DNA from: a virus
Taxonomy: Duplodnaviria; Heunggongvirae; Uroviricota; Caudoviricetes
DNA length: 27,706 bases
IMG/VR virus record: IMGVR_UViG_3300028888_000003
Direction: 5' to 3' (one strand)
Shown here: positions 8,529-18,126 of the stretch, piece by piece
Numbering within the stretch: the first letter of the stretch is position 1
How the letters are laid out: every line of letters starts with the position of its first letter
Translations under genes and position numbers: made by a program
Notes under the pieces: generated by a model
Told to the model about the DNA's origin: nothing
The model's input: the letters and a program-made list of their open reading frames with translations, nothing else
The model's database searches: none

Positions 8529-9548
8529 ATGATATATTTTATAATTTTATTATGTATAAGTAATATTATAAGTATTATATACTTATATAAAGAAAGAAAG
8601 AAAATTATAAAAGAAAGAAAGAAAAATCAGGCTACGATAAAATAGATGGCTAACGAAGCCTTCTAGCAATTATGTAATTCAAATAAATCAAAAATAGAAC
8701 AGGAACTAAAGTAGTGGCGCGAAAATCAAGAAAACATAATTTACTCCGATTTGGAAAAAGAAACTCGTATTGCTAATTTACAAAAAGAAAATTTAAAAAA
8801 CGAAATTAATGCTCAAAAAAATCAACTATCTTCTTTAAAAGAAAATCAAGAAGAAACTTTACGAGAACATTAGAAAAAAGTCGAAGTACAAGTAGAGTTA
8901 GCGATTAACGAAAGACGTGCTCAAGAATTTGATAATATGGTTGCTGATATTGAAGCTTTTCTTACTTCTGCGGCCGCTCAAAAATCAGCGGCATAGAATG
9001 AAATTAGTGAAATTTTAGAATAGCTTGAATAGTTTAAGAAAAAAAGAGATGCTATTAATGAAGAAATTTTACGAAGTCGCGCAATTGAAGAAAAGGAAGA
9101 CTTTTTTAAGGTTCAACTTGATTCTCAAACCTTACATGATCTTGCTATAATTGAAGAAATTCGTCCTCAATTAACCAAAACTGATTTTTTAGATAAATTT
9201 ATTTACGATATATATATTGCTAAACCAGCTACTGAAATGGTTAAAAGAGTTTTAAATGGTGAAGCACCAAGCGGAATTTACAAAATTACTAGATTAAAAA
9301 CTGGAGAAATTTACATAGGTAAGTCTACTGATGTAAAAGCACGCTGGATATAGCATATAAAAACTTGTTTTAATTGTGGAACAATTAGCCATTCTTCTCT
9401 TCATACTATTATGAAAAAAGATGGAATTTAGAATTTTACATTTGAATTATTAGAAAAAGTAGAAAAATCTAAATTAACTGAACGAGAAAAATATTATATT
9501 GATTTTTATGATAGTAAAAATTTTGGTTTGAATGAAAGAAATGGTTAA
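8529..9548 (+). CDS. N-terminal TM, coiled coil and C-terminal GIY-YIG nuclease (339 aa); TAG read as Gln
   Basis: MIYFIILLCISNIISIIYLY; SGIYKITRLKTGEIYIGKSTDVKARWI[Q]H; FTFELLE...EREKYYID; 9 TAG (8643, 8664, 8712, 8871, 8994, 9021, 9030, 9351, 9429); absent from the ORF track. Confidence 0.88.
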
Positions 9549-9593
9549 AAATAAATGGGAAGTCCTGAACCATAAGGTCAGGCGGAGGTCAAA

Positions 9594-10649
9594 ATGAATT
9601 TAAGTCAAAAACAAAAAGAAATTATCAACACAAATGCAGACAAAGTTGTAGTTATGGCGGCAGCTGGATCTGGAAAAACCGCTGTATTAACCGAAAGAGT
9701 TAAAGAACTTTTAAGAAGAGGAGCGGATCCAAGCAAAATAGTAGTAATTACTTTTACTAATGCAGCCGCAGACGAAATGAAAGAAAGAATTGAAAATCCT
9801 AAAGATTGTTTCATTGGTACAATCCATTCATATGCAAATTATATTTTATCTTGTAGCGGCTATGAAACACGTAAATTGCTTGATGATGAAAAATTTGATG
9901 AACTTTTTGAAAAAGTAAAGGAGCATCCAGATTGTATTCGTCCTGTAGACTATCTTTTACTTGATGAAGCGCAAGATTCAACAGATCAGCAATTTGAATT
10001 TTTACTTGATATGGTGCAACCTAAGTCGTTCTTTATAGTAGCAGATATTAGACAAAGTATTTATTCATTCAATGATGCGGATCCAGAGTATGTTTATAAT
10101 CTTTCTAAAAGGTCTGATGTAACTTACTATGAACTCTTAGATAACTATAGAAATGCACCACAAATTCTTGACTATGCTAAAGAATTTCTTGATCCACTTG
10201 GTTATAAGTATTATGACGATTCAATTGCTAAAAGTACCGAATATGGTCAAATCTATCGGATACCATATTCACCTGAAAAAATCGGTCGTTTTATTCTTGA
10301 TAGCAGTGATAATTTTGGTGATTGGTTTGTATTAACAAGAACAAATGCTCAACTTTCATTAATTAAAGATACTTTAGAAGATATGGGTATACCTTGCGAT
10401 TCCTTTAAAAAAGCAGAACTTGGTTATAAAGGATTAAAAGAAAAAATGCAGAATAATACTGTTAAAGTCCTCACAATACATACAAGTAAAGGACTTGAAG
10501 CTAAAAATGTTGTGGTCGCGGGCGCGCAATACTATAATGGAGAAGAACGAAGAATTAATTATGTTGCGGCTACCCGTGCTAAAAAGCTTTTAGTTTGGTG
10601 TACTCAGCCGCAAAAGAAGAAAAAGCCCAGAATGATGAGTTGGGAATAA
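9594..10649 (+). CDS. Compact UvrD/Rep-like SF1 helicase
   Basis: AAAGSGKT, ITFTNAAA, LLDEAQD, DIRQSIY, NYRN, LTIHTSKGLE and YVAATRAK motifs. Confidence 0.93.
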   Translation: MNLSQKQKEIINTNADKVVVMAAAGSGKTAVLTERVKELLRRGADPSKIVVITFTNAAADEMKERIENPKDCFIGTIHSYANYILSCSGYETRKLLDDEKFDELFEKVKEHPDCIRPVDYLLLDEAQDSTDQQFEFLLDMVQPKSFFIVADIRQSIYSFNDADPEYVYNLSKRSDVTYYELLDNYRNAPQILDYAKEFLDPLGYKYYDDSIAKSTEYGQIYRIPYSPEKIGRFILDSSDNFGDWFVLTRTNAQLSLIKDTLEDMGIPCDSFKKAELGYKGLKEKMQNNTVKVLTIHTSKGLEAKNVVVAGAQYYNGEERRINYVAATRAKKLLVWCTQPQKKKKPRMMSWE

Positions 10650-10660
10650 TATAAGTTTTA

Positions 10661-10704
10661 GAGAGAAAGTTAAATTTGACTTTCTCTCAAATTTTTGATA
10701 TAAT
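10661..10704 (+). promoter_or_regulatory. Hairpin overlapping a sigmaA promoter
   Basis: GAGAGAAAGT/ACTTTCTCTC stem; TTGACT (10676)-N17-TATAAT (10699). Confidence 0.8.
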
Positions 10705-10733
10705 ATTTTTAGAAATAGAAAGGAGAAAATAAT

Positions 10734-10979
10734 ATGGAACATTATCTTGAAACAAATGATGTTTTTACTTTTATAAAATCTATTGAACATAATGGTCGCA
10801 TATATGAAATCTATCTTGATGATTATGGCCAGTCTTATTTTATTGGATATAAAGATGTTATAACTAATAAAATTGAAGAGATATGCTGTGGCACTTATTG
10901 CGAATATGAAGACACGCTTGAATACATAATTAAAAAACAAGAAAGGAGACTTAAAAATGTTCAAAGTAAAAAGAATTAA
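10734..10979 (+). CDS. Hypothetical protein (81 aa)
   Basis: ORF track; RBS AAGGAG. Confidence 0.75.
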   Translation: MEHYLETNDVFTFIKSIEHNGRIYEIYLDDYGQSYFIGYKDVITNKIEEICCGTYCEYEDTLEYIIKKQERRLKNVQSKKN

Positions 10980-11133
10980 AGACGGTGAAATCGTTCAAGT
11001 ATTGGATACTTTTCTTGATAATGTGTATGGTGTAACATATTTCTTTTTATGGGATAATGATGGCTGGCGTTGGCGCTCTGCTAAAAATTTTGTTCCACCG
11101 AATTATGAAATAAAGGAGTCAAATAATGACTAA
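10957..11133 (+). CDS. Hypothetical protein (58 aa, MFKVKRIKDGEIVQVLDTF...)
   Basis: Read by hand; RBS AAAGGAG; fills the gap between neighbours; not listed in the track. Confidence 0.75.
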   Translation: MFKVKRIKDGEIVQVLDTFLDNVYGVTYFFLWDNDGWRWRSAKNFVPPNYEIKESNND

Positions 11134-11314
11134 TTATAAAATTAAAGAATTACACGACGCGCTTGACCGCATAGAAAATGGTAAACTAGCAATTCATTCA
11201 CTTGATTGGTGTATTAATCGAATTGATTGGCTTTGGCGCTTTCGTCATATTTCTGAAAAAGAAAAAGATCAGTTATGCGACCAAGCAATTAGAATTTTAG
11301 AAAGGAGAGATTAA
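11126..11314 (+). CDS. Hypothetical protein (62 aa)
   Basis: ORF track; RBS AAGGAG. Confidence 0.72.
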   Translation: MTNYKIKELHDALDRIENGKLAIHSLDWCINRIDWLWRFRHISEKEKDQLCDQAIRILERRD

Positions 11315-11317
11315 ATC

Positions 11318-11599
11318 ATGGATATAAGGCCATATAATAGACAATGTGATATATGTGGAGTTACAGATGAAGATAAAAAAATTATGTCAAGACCTTGTAT
11401 TGGCATTCCTATTTCTGGATTTTATTGTGAAGATTGTCTTAAAAAAGAATATATGGATCTTTTAGAGTGGTTTTATTTTATTGCTAATTCTGATAATAGA
11501 GATTTTATTATAAATAATATTGATTTTATGATAGAAAACTTTCAAGTAATGACAAACAATAAAAGAGCCATTTTATCATTAGATAGAGAGGAGAATTAA
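11318..11599 (+). CDS. Small putative Zn-binding protein
   Basis: CDIC...CEDC; RBS AAGGAG; stop abuts the gyrB ATG. Confidence 0.7.
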   Translation: MDIRPYNRQCDICGVTDEDKKIMSRPCIGIPISGFYCEDCLKKEYMDLLEWFYFIANSDNRDFIINNIDFMIENFQVMTNNKRAILSLDREEN

Positions 11600-13459
11600 A
11601 TGCAAGAATATGGTATTAATGAAATACAGTCCTTATCTTTTAGAGAAGGCGTAAGAGAAAGAATACAAATGTATCTCGGTTCTGATGATCTTGACGGCAC
11701 TTATCAGGCATTTAAAGAGATTATAAACAATTCTACTGACGAAGCTCTCGCGGGATTTGGTAAAAGAATTGAAATTGTAGTTAATGAGAAGACAAATGAA
11801 ATAGCGGTGCGCGATTACGGTCGTGGAGTGCCATTTGGAACGCGTGAAGATGGAGAAAATGTATTAGTATCAATCTATTCTAAATCCCATACTGGCGGAA
11901 AATTCAATGACGCCGTTTATAAAAATGCGTCAGGGTTGAATGGTGTAGGGGCCAAATGTGTATGTTTAAGCTCTGAAATTTTTGAGGTTTATTCATACAG
12001 AGATAATAAAGTGGCTTATGCATGTTTCAAAGAAGGAATTTTAGAAAAATATAATGAAACTACTATGAAGAAAACTGATAAAAATGGAACACTTGTAAAA
12101 TTTATTCCAGATAAAAAAGTTTTCAAAAATGGTGAGATTGGCTACTCATATGATAAAATTTGCACTGATATAAAAGATATAAGTTATCTTTATACTGGAA
12201 TCGAATTTGTGGTTACAAATCAACTTACAAAAAAATCTCAAATATTCTGCGCAAAAAATGGTATAATGGATTTTGTAAAAGATAATATGCCTAAACCATT
12301 ACATAAACATATAATTTATCATAAGATTTCAGATGGTTCTGATACTCTTGAAATAGCTTTTCAATGGGGTAGTCCAAAAGAGCAATCATTTGTCTTTGTA
12401 AATGGTCTTCGTTGCCCTGAAGGTGGTACCCCAATAACTGGCGCTAAAACAGCAATTACGAAGACTTTTAACTCGCTTGCAAAGCAGAAGTTTGACGGAG
12501 ACTCAATTCGTGATAATCTATTTTATGTAATTAACTGCTCTGTTGCGCAACCGAGCTTTGCAAATCAGACTAAATCAAAAATTAATAATGCTAATTTAAG
12601 AACTATGGCGTCTAATTGCTTTAGTGCGGCTTTAAAAGAAATGGCTATTAAATATAAAAATGAATTTGAAACTATTACTGAACTTTTAAAGAAAATAGAA
12701 AAAGCAGAAGCCGCCGCAGAAAGAGCTAGAAAACAAGTATTAGACGCCGCGAAAGAAGTAGAAAAAAATCAGAAAAAGAAAGTATTCGCTTCAAACAAAT
12801 TAAAGGATGCCGAATTTCTTGGACAAAACTCTACACTTTTAATTGTAGAAGGCGATAGTGCTATGGGCGGTATGAGCCAAGCAAGAGATTATAAAAAATA
12901 TGGTATTCTTGCTATTCGTGGTAAAATTATTAATTGTCTTTCTAATCCCGAAGAAAAAATCTTCCAAAATGAAGAAATTAAATTATTACTTTCTGCTATG
13001 AATATAACACCAGGCAGGTATAATGCAAATAAGCTTCGTTATGGCAAACTTGCAATTTGTACTGATGCTGACTCAGATGGCTATCATATAGGTCTTCTTA
13101 TAATGGCAGCGCTCACATATCTTGCACCAGACTTCATAAAAGAAGGACGACTTTGTTGGCTGCGGTCACCGCTTTATATAGTAACAAATGGAAATAAAAA
13201 ATCTTATTATTTTACTGATGAAGAGTTTGAAAAAAATAAAAGCAAAATTAAAGGCAAAATATCAAGAGCTAAAGGATTAGGTGAACTTGATCCAGATGTT
13301 GCACAAACAAGTATGTTTAGTGAAGAATTTCAAAGAATGGATGTAATGGAATATAGTGATGAAGCTATTAGTCTATTATATGATTTAATGGGTGCTGATG
13401 TTGAACCGAGAACAAAATTTATAATGGAAAATGTTGATTTTAGTTTAGTGAGGGAATAA
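11600..13459 (+). CDS. gyrB: Type IIA topoisomerase B subunit (GyrB/ParE-like)
   Basis: GHKL motifs EIINNSTDE, DYGRGVP, GGKF, GLNGVG; TOPRIM motifs VEGDSA, IRGKIIN, TDADSDG; KGLGE. Confidence 0.93.
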   Translation: MQEYGINEIQSLSFREGVRERIQMYLGSDDLDGTYQAFKEIINNSTDEALAGFGKRIEIVVNEKTNEIAVRDYGRGVPFGTREDGENVLVSIYSKSHTGGKFNDAVYKNASGLNGVGAKCVCLSSEIFEVYSYRDNKVAYACFKEGILEKYNETTMKKTDKNGTLVKFIPDKKVFKNGEIGYSYDKICTDIKDISYLYTGIEFVVTNQLTKKSQIFCAKNGIMDFVKDNMPKPLHKHIIYHKISDGSDTLEIAFQWGSPKEQSFVFVNGLRCPEGGTPITGAKTAITKTFNSLAKQKFDGDSIRDNLFYVINCSVAQPSFANQTKSKINNANLRTMASNCFSAALKEMAIKYKNEFETITELLKKIEKAEAAAERARKQVLDAAKEVEKNQKKKVFASNKLKDAEFLGQNSTLLIVEGDSAMGGMSQARDYKKYGILAIRGKIINCLSNPEEKIFQNEEIKLLLSAMNITPGRYNANKLRYGKLAICTDADSDGYHIGLLIMAALTYLAPDFIKEGRLCWLRSPLYIVTNGNKKSYYFTDEEFEKNKSKIKGKISRAKGLGELDPDVAQTSMFSEEFQRMDVMEYSDEAISLLYDLMGADVEPRTKFIMENVDFSLVRE

Positions 13460-13461
13460 TT

Positions 13462-13674
13462 ATGGGAAGATTTAGCAAAGAAAAAGTTACATCAATTAGT
13501 TTGTCAATATATTCTATGGATGAATTAGAAGATTTAATTATTAAAATGGCAAAATTAATTGAAGAAGGATATTCAATAAATACTATATCTGATTTAAGAT
13601 ATGAATGTTCTACTAGCTTTGTATGGAATGATCCAATATTTACAATTGAGTTAACTAAATATGCAATTCGATAA
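13462..13674 (+). CDS. Hypothetical protein (70 aa)
   Basis: ORF track; directly after gyrB. Confidence 0.65.
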   Translation: MGRFSKEKVTSISLSIYSMDELEDLIIKMAKLIEEGYSINTISDLRYECSTSFVWNDPIFTIELTKYAIR

Positions 13675-13679
13675 AAAAA

Positions 13680-13723
13680 GAAGGAAAGTTAAATTTGACT
13701 TTCCTTCAAATTTTTGTTATAAT
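13680..13723 (+). promoter_or_regulatory. Hairpin overlapping a sigmaA promoter
   Basis: GAAGGAAAGT/ACTTTCCTTC stem; TTGACT (13695)-N17-TATAAT (13718). Confidence 0.8.
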
Positions 13724-13756
13724 ATTTATAGAATAAAGAAAGAAAGGAAAATTAAA

Positions 13757-14152
13757 ATGAATAAACCTATAAAAAAATTAATGGAAGTAGAATCAGATAA
13801 TTTTGTAAATGGTTATCTTATTCGTCGACGTGATAATTTTGGTGGTTATAGTGATATGCACCTTGCTTGTAACAAAGACGAATTACGAGAAGCATTTGAT
13901 AAATGTTATTGGCTTGGTGATAGAGAAAATGCTTCAAAGGGTGGAAAAATTTCCAATCCAATTTTTGAAAACTATTTTAATGAATTTATAAATAATTATT
14001 TTGTATCTATGCCTAATGATGCTTTCGTTTTAGTAGAAGTAGAAATACCTTTATGGAAAGGTAAAGCACAAGGATATTATTATGAAAACGATAAATTACA
14101 TGATATGTATTCATTATATAGACTAAAGCCTACAGGTGAATGCATAATCTGA
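13757..14152 (+). CDS. Hypothetical protein (131 aa)
   Basis: Start moved from 13661 to ATG 13757 (RBS AAAGGA), because the longer version overlaps a promoter. Confidence 0.75.
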   Translation: MNKPIKKLMEVESDNFVNGYLIRRRDNFGGYSDMHLACNKDELREAFDKCYWLGDRENASKGGKISNPIFENYFNEFINNYFVSMPNDAFVLVEVEIPLWKGKAQGYYYENDKLHDMYSLYRLKPTGECII

Positions 14153-14163
14153 GGAGAGATTAA

Positions 14164-14403
14164 ATGAAGGTTGATAATTATTATTGTGATATATGCGGAG
14201 AAAAGATAGATGCCTATCTTATTGAACATAATAAATTAAAGCCTTTAGAAGTGCCGATTTATTCCGCTAAAAATCTAAAATATAATCTTTCACCAACTTA
14301 TGAAAAAAGATGTATTTGTACAAAATGTATAAATAAAATAGCAGAAAGAATTTTTACTTTACAGATAGAAAAACATACCAATAAGGAGGAAATAGATGAG
14401 TAA
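14164..14403 (+). CDS. Small putative Zn-binding protein
   Basis: CDIC...CTKC; RBS GAGGAG; overlaps the gyrA start. Confidence 0.7.
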   Translation: MKVDNYYCDICGEKIDAYLIEHNKLKPLEVPIYSAKNLKYNLSPTYEKRCICTKCINKIAERIFTLQIEKHTNKEEIDE

Positions 14404-16744
14404 GCTAAAACCTATTATAGAACAATCTATGATACAATACTCAGGTGCGGTTTTACAAAGCCGTGCCCTTGTTGACGTACGTGATTGTTTAAAACCTTCT
14501 GCTCGTCAAATCTTCTATTCAATGCTTTTACATAAACTTACAAATAAAAATCCACCTAAAAAAACTGCAAATGCTGTTGGTATGGCGATGGCAGATTTTT
14601 ATATTCATGGCGATGCTTCTGCTGAAGGTGTTATAATGCGCGCGGCTCAAAATTTTGCTATGCGTTATCCTTTAATTGATGTTGTTGGTAATGCTGGAAC
14701 ATTACTTGAAAGCGGAAACTGGGCTGCTCAGCGTTATACAGAATCTCGTTTTTCAAAATTAACAGACTTATTATTTGAAGATATAGATAAAGATACAATT
14801 ACTGAATGGCGAGACAATTATGATAATACAAAATAGTACCCCGCAGTTTTACCAAGTAAAGGATTCTACAATATTGTAAATGGAACAAGCGGTATTGGTA
14901 TCGGTATGGCCAGTTCAATTCCACAATTTAACTTAAAAGAAGTTAATGAAGCATTAATTCACTTGCTTTGGAATCCTAACTGCAATTTTTCAGAAATTTA
15001 TTGCGCTCCAGATTTTGCAACGGGTGCAATTCTTTTAAATGAAAATCAAATTAAAGATAGTTTGAAAAATGGTACGGGTTTTGCTTGCAAGTTGCGCGCG
15101 GTCATAGAATATGATACGACAGAAAGATGTCTGATAGCAACTGAAATTCCTTATGGTGTTTATACTAATACAATTTGTAGCGAGTTAGAAAAATGTATGG
15201 AATCTGAGGATAATCCTGGAATTGATAGATTTAATGACTTGACGGGTAAAACACCTTTAATTAAGATTTATCTTGCTAAAAATGCGCGACCTGATAAAGT
15301 TATTAAATATTTGTATAAAAATACTTCTCTTCAGTCGCATTATGGAATTAATATGACTATGCTTGAAAATGGCCGCTATCCTAAAGTTTTTGGTTGGAAA
15401 AAGGCCTTACAAGCACATCTTGATCACGAAATTGAAGTATATAAAAATGGTTATAATTTTGATTTAACCAAAATAAAAGACCGTTTACACATAATTGATG
15501 GTTTATTAATTGCGCTTGCTTCTATTGAAGAGGTTGTCCAAACAATCAAATCATCATCTTCAACACCTGCAGCACAGCAAAAATTAATAGAAAAATTCTT
15601 ACTTGATGAAATTCAAGCAAAAGCAATTCTTGATATGAAACTTTCTCGTTTGGCGCACTTAGAGGTTGAAAAACTTGAAAAAGAAAAGTCCGAAAAAGAA
15701 GCTGAAAGAGATAGAATTGAAGCAATTTTAAATAATAAGGAATTACTTTATAAAGAAATTGAAAAAGGACTTCGCGCAATTGCTGATAAATTTGGTGATG
15801 CTCGTAGAACTCAAATCCTTAATGTAGAATCTGAAGATAGTGAACCGCTTGAAGTAAAGCAACTCTTAATTAATATTTCTAATAAAGGAACTCTTTATGC
15901 TACTGAAACAAGTTCACTTTATACACAAAAACGTGGTGGCGTAGGTACAAAATTTAAATTGCCTGAAGGTGAATATGTATGCACTACTACTACAGGATCT
16001 ACCGAAGATGTCGTTCTTTTCTTTACAAAGTTAGGAAATTTCTATCACATAAAAGCAAGTGAGATTCCCTTAGACGAAAAAGTCTATGTGGGTACATTAC
16101 TTTCAATACCCGATAAAGAAGAAATTTGTGAAAGTGTTTTAATTAAGCGGAGTGATTTGAGCAAGAATTTACTTATTGTTACCGCTTTCGGAAAAATTAA
16201 GAAGTCAGCGCTTAGCGAATATAACACAAATCGACGGGGTGGCGCGCGAGCGATAAATCTTGGTGATGGCGATGAAATTGTTTCAGTTTTAATTACAGAT
16301 ACAGATAAAATTGGTTTTGTAACTGAAAAAGGCCATTTAATGATTTGTGAAACAAAAGATATAACTGCAATTGGTAGAGCAGCTAAAGGTGTTATCGGCA
16401 TTAAATTAAATGATGGCGATAAAGTAGCAGCCGCACGCATAGTAATGCCAAGTGCAAAAGAAATTATAACTGCTTCAAAAGAAGGTTATATAAAGCGCAC
16501 AGCTATATCAGAATTTTCAACGACCAGCCGCGGAACAAAAGGCGTTAAGTGTCAAATATTAACTGATGACGATAAAATTGTAGATTTTATTCCTTATAAT
16601 GATGCTAAAGAATTATTCGTTGTGAGCGGTGCGTCGCAAATAAAATTAAAAATTGCAGACCTTTCTTTAAGTAGCAGAGGCGCGCAAGGCACACGTTCAA
16701 TTAAGTTAACTGGAAAAAATAAAGTAATCGGAATTTCAATTTAA
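14396..16744 (+). CDS. gyrA: Type IIA topoisomerase A subunit (GyrA-like, 782 aa) with one TAG read as Gln
   Basis: DCLKPSARQ, HGD, AAQRYTE (catalytic Tyr); DNTK[TAG 14834]YPAVLP...NGTSGIGIGMASSIP joins both track ORFs in frame; beta-pinwheel repeats; GyrA-box-like QKRGGVG. Confidence 0.93.
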
Positions 16745-16762
16745 AAAATCGGTTCTTAAAAT

Positions 16763-16791
16763 TTGAAATTTTTCAAAAATTAGTGTATAAT
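16763..16791 (+). promoter_or_regulatory. sigmaA-type promoter
   Basis: TTGAAA-N17-TATAAT. Confidence 0.78.
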
Positions 16792-16859
16792 AATATTGTA
16801 ATAAAGAGTGAGACCGCTCTTTAATATAAAAAATATTTTATTAAAAGGAGAAATGAACT

Positions 16860-17117
16860 ATGGCTAAACTTACTGAAAATTCAAACGCAATCTTTGAGTA
16901 CCTGAAGGCAAACGGCGGTCACGTATCTATCGACGAGCTTTGCTCGGCTTTTGACAAGACTCCTCGTTCAATCGGCGCTAACGTAACTGACCTTACTAAG
17001 AAACATCTTGCAGTTAGAGAAGATGTTCCCGTAGAAGGCGAAGATAAGCCTGCTAAGTACGTAAATCTTACTCCCGATTATGAGGCAGTTTTTGAGGCTC
17101 TTCCTGAGAGAAAGTAA
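16860..17117 (+). CDS. Putative winged-helix DNA-binding protein
   Basis: IFEYLKANGGHVSIDELCSAFDKTPRSIGANVTDL pattern; RBS AAGGAG. Confidence 0.65.
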   Translation: MAKLTENSNAIFEYLKANGGHVSIDELCSAFDKTPRSIGANVTDLTKKHLAVREDVPVEGEDKPAKYVNLTPDYEAVFEALPERK

Positions 17118-17134
17118 TTTTAAAAGAGAAAAAG

Positions 17135-17156
17135 AGGGCGAGGTAAAACTCGCCCT
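17135..17156. terminator. Intergenic hairpin AGGGCGAG/CTCGCCCT
   Basis: 8-bp stem; the U-tract is stronger on the minus strand, so direction is uncertain. Confidence 0.5.
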
Positions 17157-17206
17157 AAGTTTCGCAAGAACAAAGAAAAAAATAATAAGAATAGGAGAAA
17201 TGAAAA

Positions 17207-18106
17207 ATGTTAAGACAAGCAGCTAATAGTATTTATATTGAAGGTATCCTTGCGGAAAATGACTTGAACTACACTTCCTTTAACAAAAATGGAAAAACTG
17301 TAGAAGCAATTGGTGGTAAAATCACCGTTAAGGTTAATCAGATTATAAATGGAAAAGAAAAAGAACTTATGATTCCTGTTCATATGTTCTCAGCAAAGTA
17401 TAAGAACGACGGTAATCCGAATCCGGCTTATACTTCTATTGATAATGTTAAGACAAATATGGTATCAATCGCAGCAGGTGGAGAAGATGCGGCTGATAGA
17501 ATTCGTCTTACTGCGTCTCTTGAAATGAACGAATATTATACTGGTAATGAAACTCTTGTATCCTTCCCGAGAGTTAAGGCTTCTTTTGTAAATAAAGTAA
17601 GTAAGGATCAGTTTAATTCTAAAGCAGAAGGACAGATTGAGTTCTGTGTTGCAGAAAAGAAAGAAGAAATTGAAAATGATGAGCCGACTGGTCGTCTTAT
17701 CATAAGAGGTATCGTACCTCAGTATGGCGGAAAGGTTGACGTAATTCCTTTCTATGTGGAAACTCCGCAGGCAATTGATGTTGCTAATACTTACTGGTCA
17801 GAAGGCGATACTGTAAGAGTTAAGGTTAAACTTAACTTCAGTTCTACTACAAAAGAAATTATAGAAGAGGCTGATTTTGGTGAACCCACAATTAAAACTC
17901 GTACAATTAATGTAAGTGAAATTGTAATTGTCGGTGGTAACTCTGCTCCTCTTGAAGGCGATATGGCCTATGACACTAGCGATATCCAGACTGGACTCGC
18001 TGATAGAAAGGCAAGACTTGAAGCTCAGAAAGCAAAAGATATGTCAAGAGCAAAGTCAAAAGCAGCTCCGGCGCAGAGTTCTAAGAAAATAGATCTTGGA
18101 TTTTAA
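17207..18106 (+). CDS. Putative single-stranded DNA-binding protein
   Basis: Beta-rich, apparently two OB-like halves; flexible tail ending DLGF; adjacent to an AAA ATPase. Assignment rests on pattern and context. Confidence 0.6.
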   Translation: MLRQAANSIYIEGILAENDLNYTSFNKNGKTVEAIGGKITVKVNQIINGKEKELMIPVHMFSAKYKNDGNPNPAYTSIDNVKTNMVSIAAGGEDAADRIRLTASLEMNEYYTGNETLVSFPRVKASFVNKVSKDQFNSKAEGQIEFCVAEKKEEIENDEPTGRLIIRGIVPQYGGKVDVIPFYVETPQAIDVANTYWSEGDTVRVKVKLNFSSTTKEIIEEADFGEPTIKTRTINVSEIVIVGGNSAPLEGDMAYDTSDIQTGLADRKARLEAQKAKDMSRAKSKAAPAQSSKKIDLGF

Positions 18107-18126
18107 TTGATAGGGAGGCTTGAGTT

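Noticed and set aside
8490-8625. Very AT-rich tract with an AAGAAAGAAAG duplication resembling an origin
   Set aside because: Explained as the RBS plus codons for a hydrophobic helix and a KERKK repeat.
14396-14905. gyrA apparently split into two genes or a pseudogene
   Set aside because: Both parts are in one frame, and the 23 intervening codons encode conserved GyrA sequence after a single TAG.
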